Of a DNA stretch of 64,000 nt, positions 51,930 to 64,000 are shown piece after piece (the stretch's first letter is position 1; every line of letters begins with the position of its first letter). The position numbers and the translations under genes are program-made. This stretch comes from Dimorphilus gyrociliatus (taxonomy: Eukaryota > Animalia > Annelida). Under the pieces are notes generated by a model, which worked only from the letters and a program-made list of their open reading frames with translations, was not told the origin of the DNA and made no database searches. The stretch covers positions 1-64,000 of the forward strand of contig CAJFCJ010000039.1 of the NCBI GenBank assembly GCA_904063045.1, read 5' to 3'.

Positions 51930-53372
51930 ATGACGAATAGAACTGAGTATGGACCGTTTTATTATTGTTATTACTATGGTATATTTTACGGGATATCTAT
52001 CATAAGCTTCTTGGGTAATATATCTATAATGATGTTAATAATAGGTCATAAAAATCTTTGGAATATAAATAATTATTTGTTTGTTAACTTATCCATATCG
52101 GATACTGTAACAACAATTTTATATACAATGTATAATACTAGTCATTTAGATGTTATTTCTATCGCAAAAGTTCTCGGTAAGTAATTGAATAAATCATTGA
52201 TTCACCCACGCCCCCTCTTCTTTCTTTACCCCACTTTTTAACTGTTACATACAGACAATTATATCATATTTTATACATCAATTTATAGCTGTTTTTCTCT
52301 TATGTCTGTCTCTCTTCCCGTCTCTCTTTGTTTGTGAAAAGACTTTTTATTACCGTCTTTTAACTGATTCATTTTTTATTGATTTTAGGTGAATGGATGA
52401 CTTGCAAAATTATGATTCTCTTCTTTCATATTTCTGTTAATTGCTCATCTTGGAATTTGGTTCTTATCACTATTTTTAGATATATTTCAATCAATTTTCC
52501 ATTGAGATTTAAGCTGTTTATTACATCGAGACGTCTTATTCTTGTCATCTCTGTCACTTACTCTCTCATTACTTTAGTGTGCTCAATAATCGACATTACC
52601 GTCAAGAAACCAATGGGTAAGCGCTTAGCCAACGGCAACAACGCTAATGATCTTTAATTTAGCCTACAGAAATGAATGTCGAATCGAATTTATTTTCGAT
52701 ATAAGAAGAACGATGGCCTACTTTTTCTTGCAAGTTGGTGTACCACTTACAATAATGATAGGCCTATATTTCCAAATGATGGTTGTTGCTCGACGCCAAG
52801 TTAGTTTTGAAAAATACATACTGTGTATCTATGTAATGATAGAGAGAGAGAGAGAGAGAGAGAAAGAAAGAAATTTCTCCACCTTCTCTCTCCCTATAAA
52901 TAAAAAATTACTTATAAATTTTACTTTATTGCGCTTTCCTTGTATTCCTCACTCTCTTTGCTCTCCGCAAAGATTAAACTTATTTTAAATCAAGGAATCG
53001 AAGAAGAGAGTTTAAGGAAAGTAATCATGAGAGAAATAAAACTATTCAAATTATTTGGTATACTTTTGATATCATTTAGTATTGCTTATACTCCAATTTT
53101 TGCGTTTCTCATTATATCGGCAATTTGTGGAAAAGGATGCTCGATTAACAAGTACTTTAGGTAATCTCAAAGTCAATTTAAGAGATTATTAAGTTTCTAT
53201 CGAATTCGTGCCTACGTATTTCCCTAACAGGGCAACTAGTAGATTACTAGTTCATTTCAATACTATAGCAAATGTTCTTATATACGCTGGTCGTACAAAA
53301 GATATTCAGAATGTTTTGAAGAGGAAATTTCTAAATGCGAATAGAGTGAATGTAAATTTGGAAGAGAAATAA
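51930..53372 (+). CDS. Class A (rhodopsin-like) GPCR, 5 exons, 313 aa, orphan
   Basis: Exons 51930-52176, 52389-52616, 52663-52799, 52973-53160, 53231-53372 splice in frame (942 nt incl. TAA). Seven hydrophobic segments. TM1 LGN, TM2 NLSISD, TM3 Cys (TCK) and FRY, ECL2 Cys (NEC), TM5 VPL..Y, TM6 AYTP, TM7 NVLIY. N-glycosylation sequon NRT at the N-terminus. Confidence 0.88.
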
Positions 53373-54516
53373 GAAGGAGAAGAAGAAGAAGAGAGTAATG
53401 TAATATTTAATAAATAATTGTATCATTATTATAATAATAGTTATTATCGTATATTAATGAATAAATTTTTGTTTCACGACCGACACAATTAGAACATGCA
53501 TCTAGAAAAAAAAATTTTTTTCTTTTCCAATAAATTAGAACATTGATTGTCGCTAAATTTGAAAGAAAAAAAAAGAAAAATATAATAAAATAAAGATTGT
53601 ATAGCAGGTAAAATATATAGCTACAAAATATAGCTAAACAGATCAAATATGGCATTTTTTTTGTACTAAGCAAGAACAAAAAAGAATTCAAAACAATTCA
53701 ATCTAACTTCATTTTTCACCTTTTTCTTATTTTTACTTTGTCAAAACTCCTTTCTCTTCCTCCTCCTCCTCCTCCTCTAAATTCTCTTAGTTTTAGGACA
53801 AAGGTAAATAGGCAAAAAAGGTAAAAGAGAAGCAAAACAAACAAAAAGAGGCAAAATTTGAAAAAATAATAATGAATAAAAAAAACAAGTTAAAGTATTC
53901 TTTTTACTGAGAATCAAATTGTTAAAAGGAACAAACTTATTTTGCCAAGAGCTGGCTGCTACAGGAATGTTTTTTATGTATTTTTTAATAAATTGTCCAT
54001 ATCTCAATTAGCTTTTCATTTAATCTATAATTATTAAAAAATCCTTATTGCTCAATTTAAGAGAGAGAAGGAGAGAGAGAGAGAGAGAGAAAGAAAGAGA
54101 AATATAAAAAACAAGAATGAGAGAAAGATTGACAGATAGATAGTTAGAGATGGAAGGAATTTTCTTTAACATTTTCTCATTCAATTTTCAGTTTTAAAAC
54201 TGCAAAAATACTTTTTTGTTTTTCCCTTATTGTAATTCTTATCATTAGAAAACAAAGAGAAAAAGAAAAAAGATTAAGAAAAAAGAAAATGCATACTAAA
54301 ACTCTCTCACTTCATCATCACTTTTAAAGAATTGTTTCTGCCTCAATAATTGATTATTGATAGTAGTATTGTTTGTTTGTTTCTTTTTTTTTCAACATTT
54401 TTTTAGACGCCTTCCGTTGACTAAAATAATATAGAAATTTTATTTCTTTTTAATAATTTTCTCCTTCATCGTCTCAATTATTTTTTTTAAAGAAAAACAT
54501 TGAAGAAATACGTTAA

Positions 54517-54815
54517 AGAAGAAGAAGTAGTAGAAGAAGAAGAAGAAGAAGAAGGAGGAGGAGTTGATGAATGATAATGAAGACGATAATAAAAAAAAAG
54601 GACGAGGATGAGGAGAAGAAGAACGAGAAAATTAATTAAAAAGAAACAAAATTAGGATAAAAAATATTGAGCTGAAGCTCCGGCTTACAACATTGTTATC
54701 ATAAATTGTTTTGTTCAAATATTTACAACGATAAACATAAACAACAAACAAAAATTTTCACATTGAGTATATTTCGTTGCTTGCTTCTTAGAATTTTCAT
54801 ATTTATTATTAATTA

Positions 54816-54856
<41 letters not shown>

Positions 54857-54900
54857 TTAATATATATATAGATAGATATATAGATATATAGATATATATA
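54517..54900. repeat. Simple repeats: (GAA)n near 54517-54553 and (AT)n/(ATAG)-like near 54819-54900
   Basis: Direct reading. Similar (GA)n, (CT)n, (CA)n and (AT)n tracts occur at ~52841, 54070, 58278, 60004, 61195, 61432, 61703 and 63278. Confidence 0.85.
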
Positions 54901-54986
54901 ATTCAATTAACTACGCCAATTTTTTAACACTTTTTTCCATTTAAAATAAGCAATGTACAAACACGGCCTCGGCGGACCTATCACAA

Positions 54987-55062
54987 GCGACAGGTGGCGC
55001 CACCCACAATTTTTAACTAGTGCTGGGCAAGTTGGACGCTTCGGTGTGGCAGATGGCGCCAC
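54987..55062 (+). promoter_or_regulatory. Two tandem CTCF-like motifs
   Basis: GCGACAGGTGGCGCCAC (54987-55003) and GTGGCAGATGGCGCCAC (55046-55062) match the CTCF core AG[AG][TG]GGCGC. They lie in a small GC-rich patch within very AT-rich intergenic DNA. Confidence 0.5.
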
Positions 55063-55968
55063 ATAATAGACAAAAACTGAGCGTTTTTCTCCAAATTTCT
55101 AATATATGTTAATTTTTTTTTTCAACAAGATATAAAATCTCTAAAAACGCGAAAGACAGTCATTTTACGAGGTTGTCCAGTTGAAAAAAACTAACAAATA
55201 AACCTTTCCTTTTCTTTCTTATACTTTTTTGTTTTTCTCTTTTTTGTACTTTTTTTTAATTTTCAATTTGTTTTCTAGTTTTTGCTTTTTTTTCACTTAA
55301 AAAAACATTTTCTACTTTCTATTTCGTTTTGTTTTTTCATCTTTTTCTTTATTTTTTAAAGAGTTTTTTTTTTCAACACTTGAAAAAAAAGATGAAAAAG
55401 CAAAAATGAATAATAAGGAGAAATAATAGTTTGAGAGAGATAAATAAGACAGAGAGAGAGAGAGAGATGGAAAAAGAAAATACTCTACAAACTAACTCAA
55501 TCGCTTACGTAATAACGCTTTCTGTCGTGTGAAAATTAATGTTTTAAGAAAAAAATACCAAACCAAGCTTATTTTGAAATGGAACATTTGTTTCGTGCTC
55601 TATTATTAATATGAATAATACATTCTAATTGAGAATTAATTAATGATATTAATAGTAGAATCAGTAGATAACGATAAGAAAATAACAATAATAATCATAA
55701 TGATAATAATTTAGAGCAATTAGTATGTTAGTGGAGTAAATAATTTCGTTTTAAAATGTTGCCTTGCAACCCTGGGCCGATTTTTCGGAGGACTGTCTTT
55801 GAGAATTTAGAGCTTTCAAACACTAAACAAAAAAAGGAACATAGACTCATCTGACTAGTTTTTCCGCCAAGATATCAAAAAATTCGTCAAATGCGGAATG
55901 TTAACGCGCACGACAAAAAGAAGAGAAAAATTGGACGGCGGGCGGGGCAGTTCGAAGTTCGACATGTT

Positions 55969-58277
55969 CTAGGCGTTTTTCGGAGTTTGAATCCAAGGGA
56001 ACGGAACGGCTTGAGCCAGGGCCGGATGTTGAATGAGCGTCGGGTGGGCGGCTAGAGTAACGGAGGGCGCAAGTTCGGCGTAAGCAGCCGCAAGAGGATG
56101 CGCCGTAGTCCATTCAAGACCCGGAAAAAAGCCAGCTCCTGCTAATTCCTCTACAAAAGAGAGAAAACGGGAGAAAGAAGAGAAAAATATAAATTAGAAA
56201 ATCTTTATTAAGCGTAATAATCTAAATTAATTAATTATTTTTTTTTCCATTTTTTGCCTCAATATTTAATTAAAAAAGGCAGAGAAAAAATGGAGAACAA
56301 TGAATAATAGAGGGAGAATAATTTCCTAATCATATACATAAAAAAGGAAAAGGATGAATAGAACTAGAAGGGGGATAATCTTTCATTTCTGAATATTTCA
56401 AGCTTTTTCCTTTTCTAGCTCGGCTAATTTGCCCTCTCTTTTCTCTTTCATTTCATTCTATTTATCCATCTATCTATCTATCTATCTATCTGCCTGTCTA
56501 TCATACCCTCTCTTTTCTATCGATTCTTACATCATTCAGCACAAATTAAAGAGACCACGTATCTGCTGCTTCACATGAATATTTATCAGCTTTGAAGTCG
56601 AACTCAAGCGAAGTGATAAATAAGCCTAATAACGGTTGGATGCACTAGAAAATCTGCATTCTTTATTAATATTCCTTTATACTGTAAGTACTAGTGCTGT
56701 TTGCATGTACATGAGCAAAGGTAAAAAGGGACTTTGACGTCATGAAAATAATCTAATGATGTACTTACGCCCCGTTAAGGGATGGAAAAGAGCGGTGGGA
56801 TGAGTAGCTGCAGGTTGGGGCGACTGTTGTTTAGGTTTCGTCACTTTCGTATTAGATTTCGCAAATTCTAAGCGCAGTGTTTGCGGTAGATCCGGATCGA
56901 ATCGGACTCCTTGAAGATCTTGTTTCGCCGCTTCTGCCAATATTCGCGACGCGAATGTCACAAAACCGACTGGCTGTTGGAAGAAATTAAAGAATAAAGA
57001 AGCCAATCGATTATAATAATTAATATAGATTTAATAATTAAAATTATCTTTAGAGTCTAAACAGGTTCGATTGAATAGAAAAAACAAAATAATGATTGAA
57101 TAAATAAATGAATAAGATGATAGAGAGATAAGAGGAGTGATAAAAAAAAATAAAACAATATATAGAAGGTTTCCAACTACTCGAATTATGAAAATCACAT
57201 AAAAGACAAGAAAAGGGGAAAAGAAAACTTTTCTTCTCTTCCATTGCGACGCTTTCCTACACGATTGATAGGAAAAGAGCGTAACTATCTTAACAGATAT
57301 TGGCCGTTTAACTTTTTCTTTTCTCCTCTTAATATGGATTAATTTAATTCATTTTGTCTATTCTAATTACAACAAATAGACATAGAGATGTGAAATCTCT
57401 TTTCTTCTCTTTTCTCTTCTCTTACTAGGATATTTCTTTGGTCTTTGCTAATAGCGATAACACTTTGTTTGTTTGTTTGCTTACTTTATACAAAGCGAGC
57501 GAGAGACGCAGTGAGTGAGAGGCAGCGACAGAGACAAAGAGATAGAGAGCGTCGCTCGGCAAAGAGAGAGAAAAAGGATACATGATAAAATTATTCTCTC
57601 AAATGGTATTTGCTACTAGTAGAGAACCCAATAAATATCTTACCAATCAATACAGCGTTGGTATACACTCTGTAACATACTTTAGTATTTACGAGTAGAC
57701 GCTGTATTCTCTCTGTAAATTACTGTTTAATGTATAAACTAGTAGGGGTGTCTCTTTTAAAGCTCTATTCGCTTAGGATTACAAGATTCGTTATAAATTA
57801 AGTCGACACAGGTGTATTGGCATAAAAGTCTATTTGTTTTTTTCCTCTTTATTAGTCTAGTAGATGGATTGACGAACGAGTAATTGGAAACCCTCTTTTT
57901 TTTGTGGTGATTCGGAAAAAATTCTTGAAATGTGAGAAAAAATCACTTCTAGGAAGAATTTTACCGGCAACTGGTGTTAATGTGGAATTTTTTGCACACC
58001 ATGAATATGGAGAAAAGGGAAAAAAAAAAGCACTTCAGTCAAAAGAGAACTTTGAAAATTTTATAAATAGGCCTATTTTCCTGCTTTGATAATAATAGTA
58101 ATAATAACAGTAATAATAAATAATAAAAATGATGATAATAGTATTATAGTATTAGTGAAATAGAAAGAGCGATAAGTAGCGTAGGAAAAATAATAAACTA
58201 AATGATATAAATAACTCGAGTATTAATATCTATTTATAGATTTTCATGTATACATATACAGTATACAGTCTATATAG

Positions 58278-58311
<34 letters not shown>

Positions 58312-61300
58312 CACCCTTATTTATATCATTCACTTTATGATGATGCTTGGAAAAAGATAGAAAGGAAAAATGCTCTTCTTCTACAAAATTTAAGTGAACC
58401 ACTGCAAAAAAAATAGCATAACAAGATATAAATTTTAATTACAGTTGATTATGTTCATGCATCATCAACTGTTTATGCCCAAAGCATGAGAAAAACATGA
58501 GAGTTTATATAAATCTCTACAACGATATATATATATATATATATAGTTGTATATTGGTTGATATATATTTTAAAATATCAAGGAAAAACCATCAAGATAC
58601 AGTATTGAAATAGGAGGTAGAAGAAGAAGGAAGAGGAGCAGTAGAAGAAGAAGAAGAAAGAGATAAAGGAAGAGAAAATAAAGATGAAAATGAAGAATAA
58701 TTAATAAATGAATAAATAAAAGTTTTACACTCTTAGTGATTTATTATTGAAAATATCATTTGCTTTAATGTTTTCTTTGATTGGATAATTTTTGAAAAAA
58801 GATTATAATGAAATTCTTATTTTGTTTAGTTTTTTGTTTTTTGGAATGGGGAAAGGGAGTTTTTTGTTAATATTCTCAAATTTTACCGTCTGTTGGAAAA
58901 TGTTTGTTTGGTTTGTTTTTTGGTTTTTTTTGTGGTTGGAATGAGGATTTTATGAAAAAAAAAAGAAAAAACAAACATAAGTATATTCTAATTCAGAATG
59001 TTTTTTTTTAGTTAAAAAAATTGCCGCTAAAAGGCAGCACAAGTTCCTTTTGGAGAGTTTAAGGGATAAAAGTCGTTCAACAATCTTATCTAGTTGTTTT
59101 CGTCTTATGTTTCTGTTTTATATGGGAATACTTATAAATGTACGTACTATATACTCAGTACAGATTTCTCACTCGCATTATCATTGTTTGTTTCGGCTGA
59201 ATTGAGACAAACATTTTCCATTAATAAAGAGTAGGGAAGCGTCGATACTGTAATGCATTGAGCGTCTATTAATATGAAATAATTACATCTTCCAATCAAA
59301 CGCTCTCCGTCAGTAAATAGATGGGTTTTTTAAGCTCCGATATATTATTATTCTTTTCCTCTTTCTCTCAATCTTTCTCGTTGAATTATAGAGTGTATAG
59401 ATGATAAAAATAAATAGAATGGCTTAGCATCAACGTTGGATAAGATTGTCATTTCAGAAAAATGAAAAAATACATTGCTAGACTACTTTTATCCCTTTCC
59501 AACCCCTCCTCTTTCTTACTACTACTCGGAAACAATCAACTTACTGATGTATTCTTTCCATTTTTGCCAGTCACTTTAAGCAGCGATCCTTCGTAACCCT
59601 GAAAAACAAAGCATGGTTGCCATGGTGATGCCACTGCACTCTGTGATACGGCTCATGCACACAATTCTTCTATATTAATTAGATATTGAATTTTTTTGCA
59701 TGCACAGCATTGAGAAGAAAAAGAAGCTTGAATGCGTAAAAAAGGTACAAATTCTTTGTACTGTTACTATTATATAAATAAACTTATGCTAAGATACGAA
59801 TTTATGAATATTCTTATTGTTTTCTTTATTTAAAAATTTTCATTGATGATAATAAGAATAATGATAATAATAAGATACTTTTCATTAAAGATAAAGATAA
59901 ACTTACACATTGCTTAGTTTTCACTTGACTTATGGTTTTTAACAAGGAATTTTCGTAGCCCTGATTGTTGGTTTTCAATAGATTAACATGAAAAGTTGGC
60001 GGAAAGAGAGAGAGAGAGAGAGAAAAAAAGAGAAAATAAAAATAAATCTCTTGTATTTTTTTTGGAGAGAAGAGAGAAAAAAAAGATAAAAAAAAGTCAT
60101 TTTTTTTCTCTTTTTTTTCATTTTTCTTTTATTTTCTCTTTTAATCTCATAGTTTTTTCTTCTTCTTCTCTTTCTTTCTTTTTTTCTTCTTCTTAATTTT
60201 TATTTTCCTCCAAGCAAAAAGAAAGAATGAGAAAGACAGAAAGATTGACAAGAACAGCAGTTTTCTATAGCCTACTATTCTCTTCTCTTCTCTTCTCAGT
60301 AATTTTATATATATATGTATATATATATCCCTAACCCTCATAAAAAATATCAGAAAGAACTGTGGAAAACGAGGAAAAAGATAAATAAATAAAGAAGAAG
60401 AAGAAGAAGAAGAAGAGGAAATTCCAATTTTATCCTCTTCTTCCTCTAGTTCTTATCATAATTAGTTTGAAAGTTTTCCTCTTTACTAATCTATTTTATT
60501 TCCTCATTTTTCTATTAATTTAATTAAAAAAAAAATTGCTTTATGATAATAACCACTCATTCATACTTGAAGACACGTTTTACAAATAAAAAAAATCGTG
60601 TTTGTCTATTAATAGAAGGTAATAAATTACTGGCCCTTTCGCCTTACAAACCCTCTCCCCCCTCCCTCCCTCTCTAAAGCTCTACTATTCTAGCCCTACC
60701 ATTAACAACTAAACGACCAATGAAACAAACCTTATCGAGTCAAGCTTGACTACTGTAATTACTCCATTAAATTGTCCAATCAGTAAAAATTGTTTTTTTT
60801 AAGACTTAAATACACTATACTTGCTTAAAACAACTAATTTGACCTTTTGTATGGAGCTAAACAACTGCTCTCCTTCAACAAACTAATTAGATGAACATAT
60901 TGCAATAGCTTTCTCTCTCTACCAAGAACAAAAAAAAATTGACGGAATTAACTAACGTCATTATTCGTTTATATAAAACATCTAGATTGTAACGTTATTC
61001 TAATAGGGAGAAAAAAAATAACGTATGAATAACAATCTGCTGGAGAGCTTTTATTATTTTGTTACATGGACGATAAATGATACATAACGCCTTATTAATT
61101 TTTTTTTCTTTCAATTTTCTCTTTTCTCTTTAATGCTATAAGGTTTACCTTTTGGTCGTTTAGAATGTTCGGATACAATTTATTCGCTTCAAATATATAT
61201 ATATATATATATATCTGGATGGATTGGCTAGCTAAAACGGACTTAAGCCTATATACAAACGCGAATAAAATCGAACAGCTGCGATAAATACCTTGTAAGA

Positions 61301-61369
61301 TCTAAATAGTAGGTATAATTCCCTCGGTTTTGCATCCATCGGCAGGCCGCTTACGAACAGAGTTCTAAC
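55969..61369 (-). CDS. cpo: Couch potato / RBPMS family single-RRM RNA-binding protein; four coding exons, first coding exon not securely located
   Basis: Exons 61292-61369 ([26 protein letters not shown]), 59545-59598 ([18 protein letters not shown]), 56769-56973 ([44 protein letters not shown]..) and 55969-56150 (..[30 protein letters not shown]). All have canonical, phase-compatible splice sites. The RRM is the recognisable cpo/RBPMS/MEC-8 sequence. Confidence 0.93.
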
Positions 61370-64000
61370 CTGAAATTAATTAAATATTAATTAGAAGTGG
61401 ATACTTGTTATGTATGTATTTATATCTCTCTTCCTCTCTCTCTCTCTCTCTCTCTCTCTTTGTGTCTTTTTTTAAGATATTTAATTCCAACAGAATGTTC
61501 AAAAGTTAACAAGTAACACGAAAAATAGACTTGACAATTTCTTAGAATATCTATACTTTCACTTTTTATACTTTTCCATTCTAAAGTCAAATTTGAATGT
61601 GTATTAATGTATACGTCCTCACACACATACATACATACTTCATGCATTCATATAGACCATTTATACTATATATATATAGCATATATTATGCATACACAGA
61701 CGCACACACACACACACACACACTCTGAACATTGCCTGTAAAGTTTTTACGTAAAATATACTACTGCAATTTACAGTTAGTTTTACATTAATAGTTGACA
61801 GAGTTACGATTTATTTGCTACAAGTTGGAAGGTACACAGCTCACAGCATACAATAGTTAGGGAAACATTTATTGGGAAGAGAGGGAAAAAACTCTACAGG
61901 AATATATTTTCGACCACCCGTTGCTATTACTGTTAGGTTCTTGTCGAATTACGGATTCGTAATTGTAGTCACGTGGCGTGATGTCTGATAAATTGTGTGT
62001 AAAGAGCGGAAAGGGCGTGGAGAGGTGTTTTTTTGGCAGTGTTTGTTTCGGTTTCGGTTCAGATTGTACCAAAATCTCCTTTACATTTAGAATTTCTTTA
62101 TTTTTTTTTAAAAAAAAAAACTTCAAATAGATTATTCTTTATTCTAACTGTTCTCAATTTCTTAAAAAAGTTGCCTCAAAAATTCCTTTTTCTTTCCTCT
62201 TTCGTCATTTTACTTGTTTCTTTCTCTTTTTTCTTTCCTTTTCTCTTTTTACCTGGTCTCCAGGTTGGATCATTTACAGTATATACAAGTATATATATAG
62301 TACAGTCTCTCTCTTTTTTTCTTTCTCTCTCTCTCTCTCTTGTCTGTCTATCTCTCAAATCGCTAATACTGTAAATAATCTTATCACTTCTTTCCTCTCT
62401 GCTCTCATTAATAGCAATTATTAAATCAAATAAAAAACGTGAATCGAAATTGAGATATTGTTAGTATTTTCAATTGACCTGTACTTTGCAATTACTGACC
62501 AGGTAAATGTCAATTCTATCAAATTACCATGATTTCTGCTCCCTTTAAATTCAGGTCAGTGACATGACTAATAATCAGTATATCGTATGAGAAATTATAA
62601 CCTCTCCAACTATATCTACGAAATATAGTGCTTATATTGCAATATACGCCAATATAGAATCTATACGTGTAGAGTATATATACTGCATGTAAATTTTTTA
62701 CAGGTGAGAAACAAGCAAACGTTGAAGCACCGAGGTTGTAAGTGAATTATATAAAAGTGTCACTAAGCACGCAAAATTGCGTTGCCCTATAGATAATTAT
62801 TATTCGGAATGTCTGGAATTATATTGAAAATCTTATACTGCTTAACAGGAAATCTGAGCTCGTGACAAACATTATGAAAATTAAGATCGGACTTTATTAA
62901 ATAAGCCTTCTGTAATTTAAAAATCTTCGTTACTAGCAATTTCAACATTCCCTTTTCAAAAATAAAACAAATATTTACAAAAATTCCTTAGTAATGATAA
63001 AAAATGCAAATTAGGCCTATTGAGCTGGTAATTTTGTCATCAAAAGTATTTTGTATACTTAAATATTGCATTTAATGCTTTTGGATGCTTGCCCTGTGGA
63101 AAAAAGCTATTAAATATAGGGGATTATCTTTATCCGTACCAGTTATTTCTTTTTTGCCTTCGCTCCTTTCTTTTACTTTAGCATGTTCCATTTTCCCCCC
63201 TATTCTTCCGATTCGAAATAATTTTTCATAACATTGATAAGCCTCTCTCTGTGTCTCACGCTCTCTGTGTGTGACTCTCGCTCTCTCTCTCTCTCTCTCT
63301 CTCTTTTCCCTACCTCCCCTCGCCTAAGTCAGTCTATTTATATACTTAAAATAGTATTTATTTTACAAGGAGCAGTTTTTATAAGAATATTGATCGACTC
63401 TATTATAGAGGGATAATGATAAATTAAAAGTTAAAAGGAAAACTGTAAACTCTGTTTTATAATTGATAGATATAATCTTAATTAAGTTTGAAGGTAATAT
63501 TTTGACATACTCTAGATATGGAATAGACAAATCTATCTATTTATCTATCTATCTATGAACTATGCATATTTCTTAGAAACGAAAAGTGATTAAAAGGGCG
63601 ATTCTCTTTCTTTCAGACTAAATCAAAGTAAATTTGTACAGGTAAGTGTTATATATATATCTTTATGCTAATATATATATATAGATATATATTAGTATAT
63701 TTGTAGTTTATTTATATATACAACCGCCTTAATTATATTTAATTGTGTCGAGTATATTAATGATGTTACATAGGCCAACTATATGAAAACAATGATGATA
63801 TGACGCAATAGACTCTAATAGGGTATATATGCACATCAAACGATATATACAACGTATATATATGGTTAGTACGGAAAATAAATAGACGAAAAGAGCCATT
63901 GACGTGTATACATGTGATACTTATTTCTTAATGAATGCATACAAGCTGTAAAGAAGGCGAGAATGGAGAAATTATTTGGTTTCGTGGAGTGTAAACAAAA

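Noticed and set aside
53407-55900. Short ORFs between the GPCR and cpo, and those at 57050-63416
   Set aside because: Translations are low-complexity products of poly-A/T, (GA)n and (AT)n tracts with no domain motifs or coherent splice structure.
61639-61647. ATG CAT GAA|GTATGT as the first coding exon of cpo (MHE|VRTLF)
   Set aside because: It is phase-compatible and gives the expected Glu before VRT, but a 9-nt match next to a (TACA)n repeat is easily chance. The true first exon may be outside the window. RNA-seq would decide.

Overview
Eukaryotic (invertebrate metazoan-type), AT-rich DNA with very short GT-AG introns, mostly 46-83 nt. The species cannot be identified from sequence alone. 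About 80% of the window (<1-50660, minus strand) is one giant secreted-protein gene that runs off the left edge. Manual splicing gives 30 unique exons (about 3,260 aa): signal peptide, EMI-like, EGF, TB/follistatin-N-like, three VWD-C8-TIL assemblies, 4 LDLa, 8 divergent two-cysteine beta-rich (discoidin/FA58C-like) domains with Thr-rich linkers, 2 LDLa and a 9th such domain. This resembles SCO-spondin/hemolectin/gel-forming mucins. A tandem array follows (1-37852) with 26 B exons alternating with 26 A exons (the last A truncated). Each exon encodes a (GTTT)n linker plus one ~140-aa acidic domain, is phase 1-1, and is nearly identical between copies including the introns. The in-window product would be roughly 14,000 aa with no stop codon yet. 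To the right are a 5-exon class A GPCR with atypical motifs (+, 51930-53372), a pair of CTCF-like motifs (~54990-55060), and four coding exons of a couch potato/RBPMS RRM gene (-, 55969-61369) with long introns. There are no prokaryotic features, CRISPR arrays, RNA genes or recognisable transposons. Scattered 1-nt indels in some array copies look like consensus errors. All domain names come from motif recognition by eye, not database searches.
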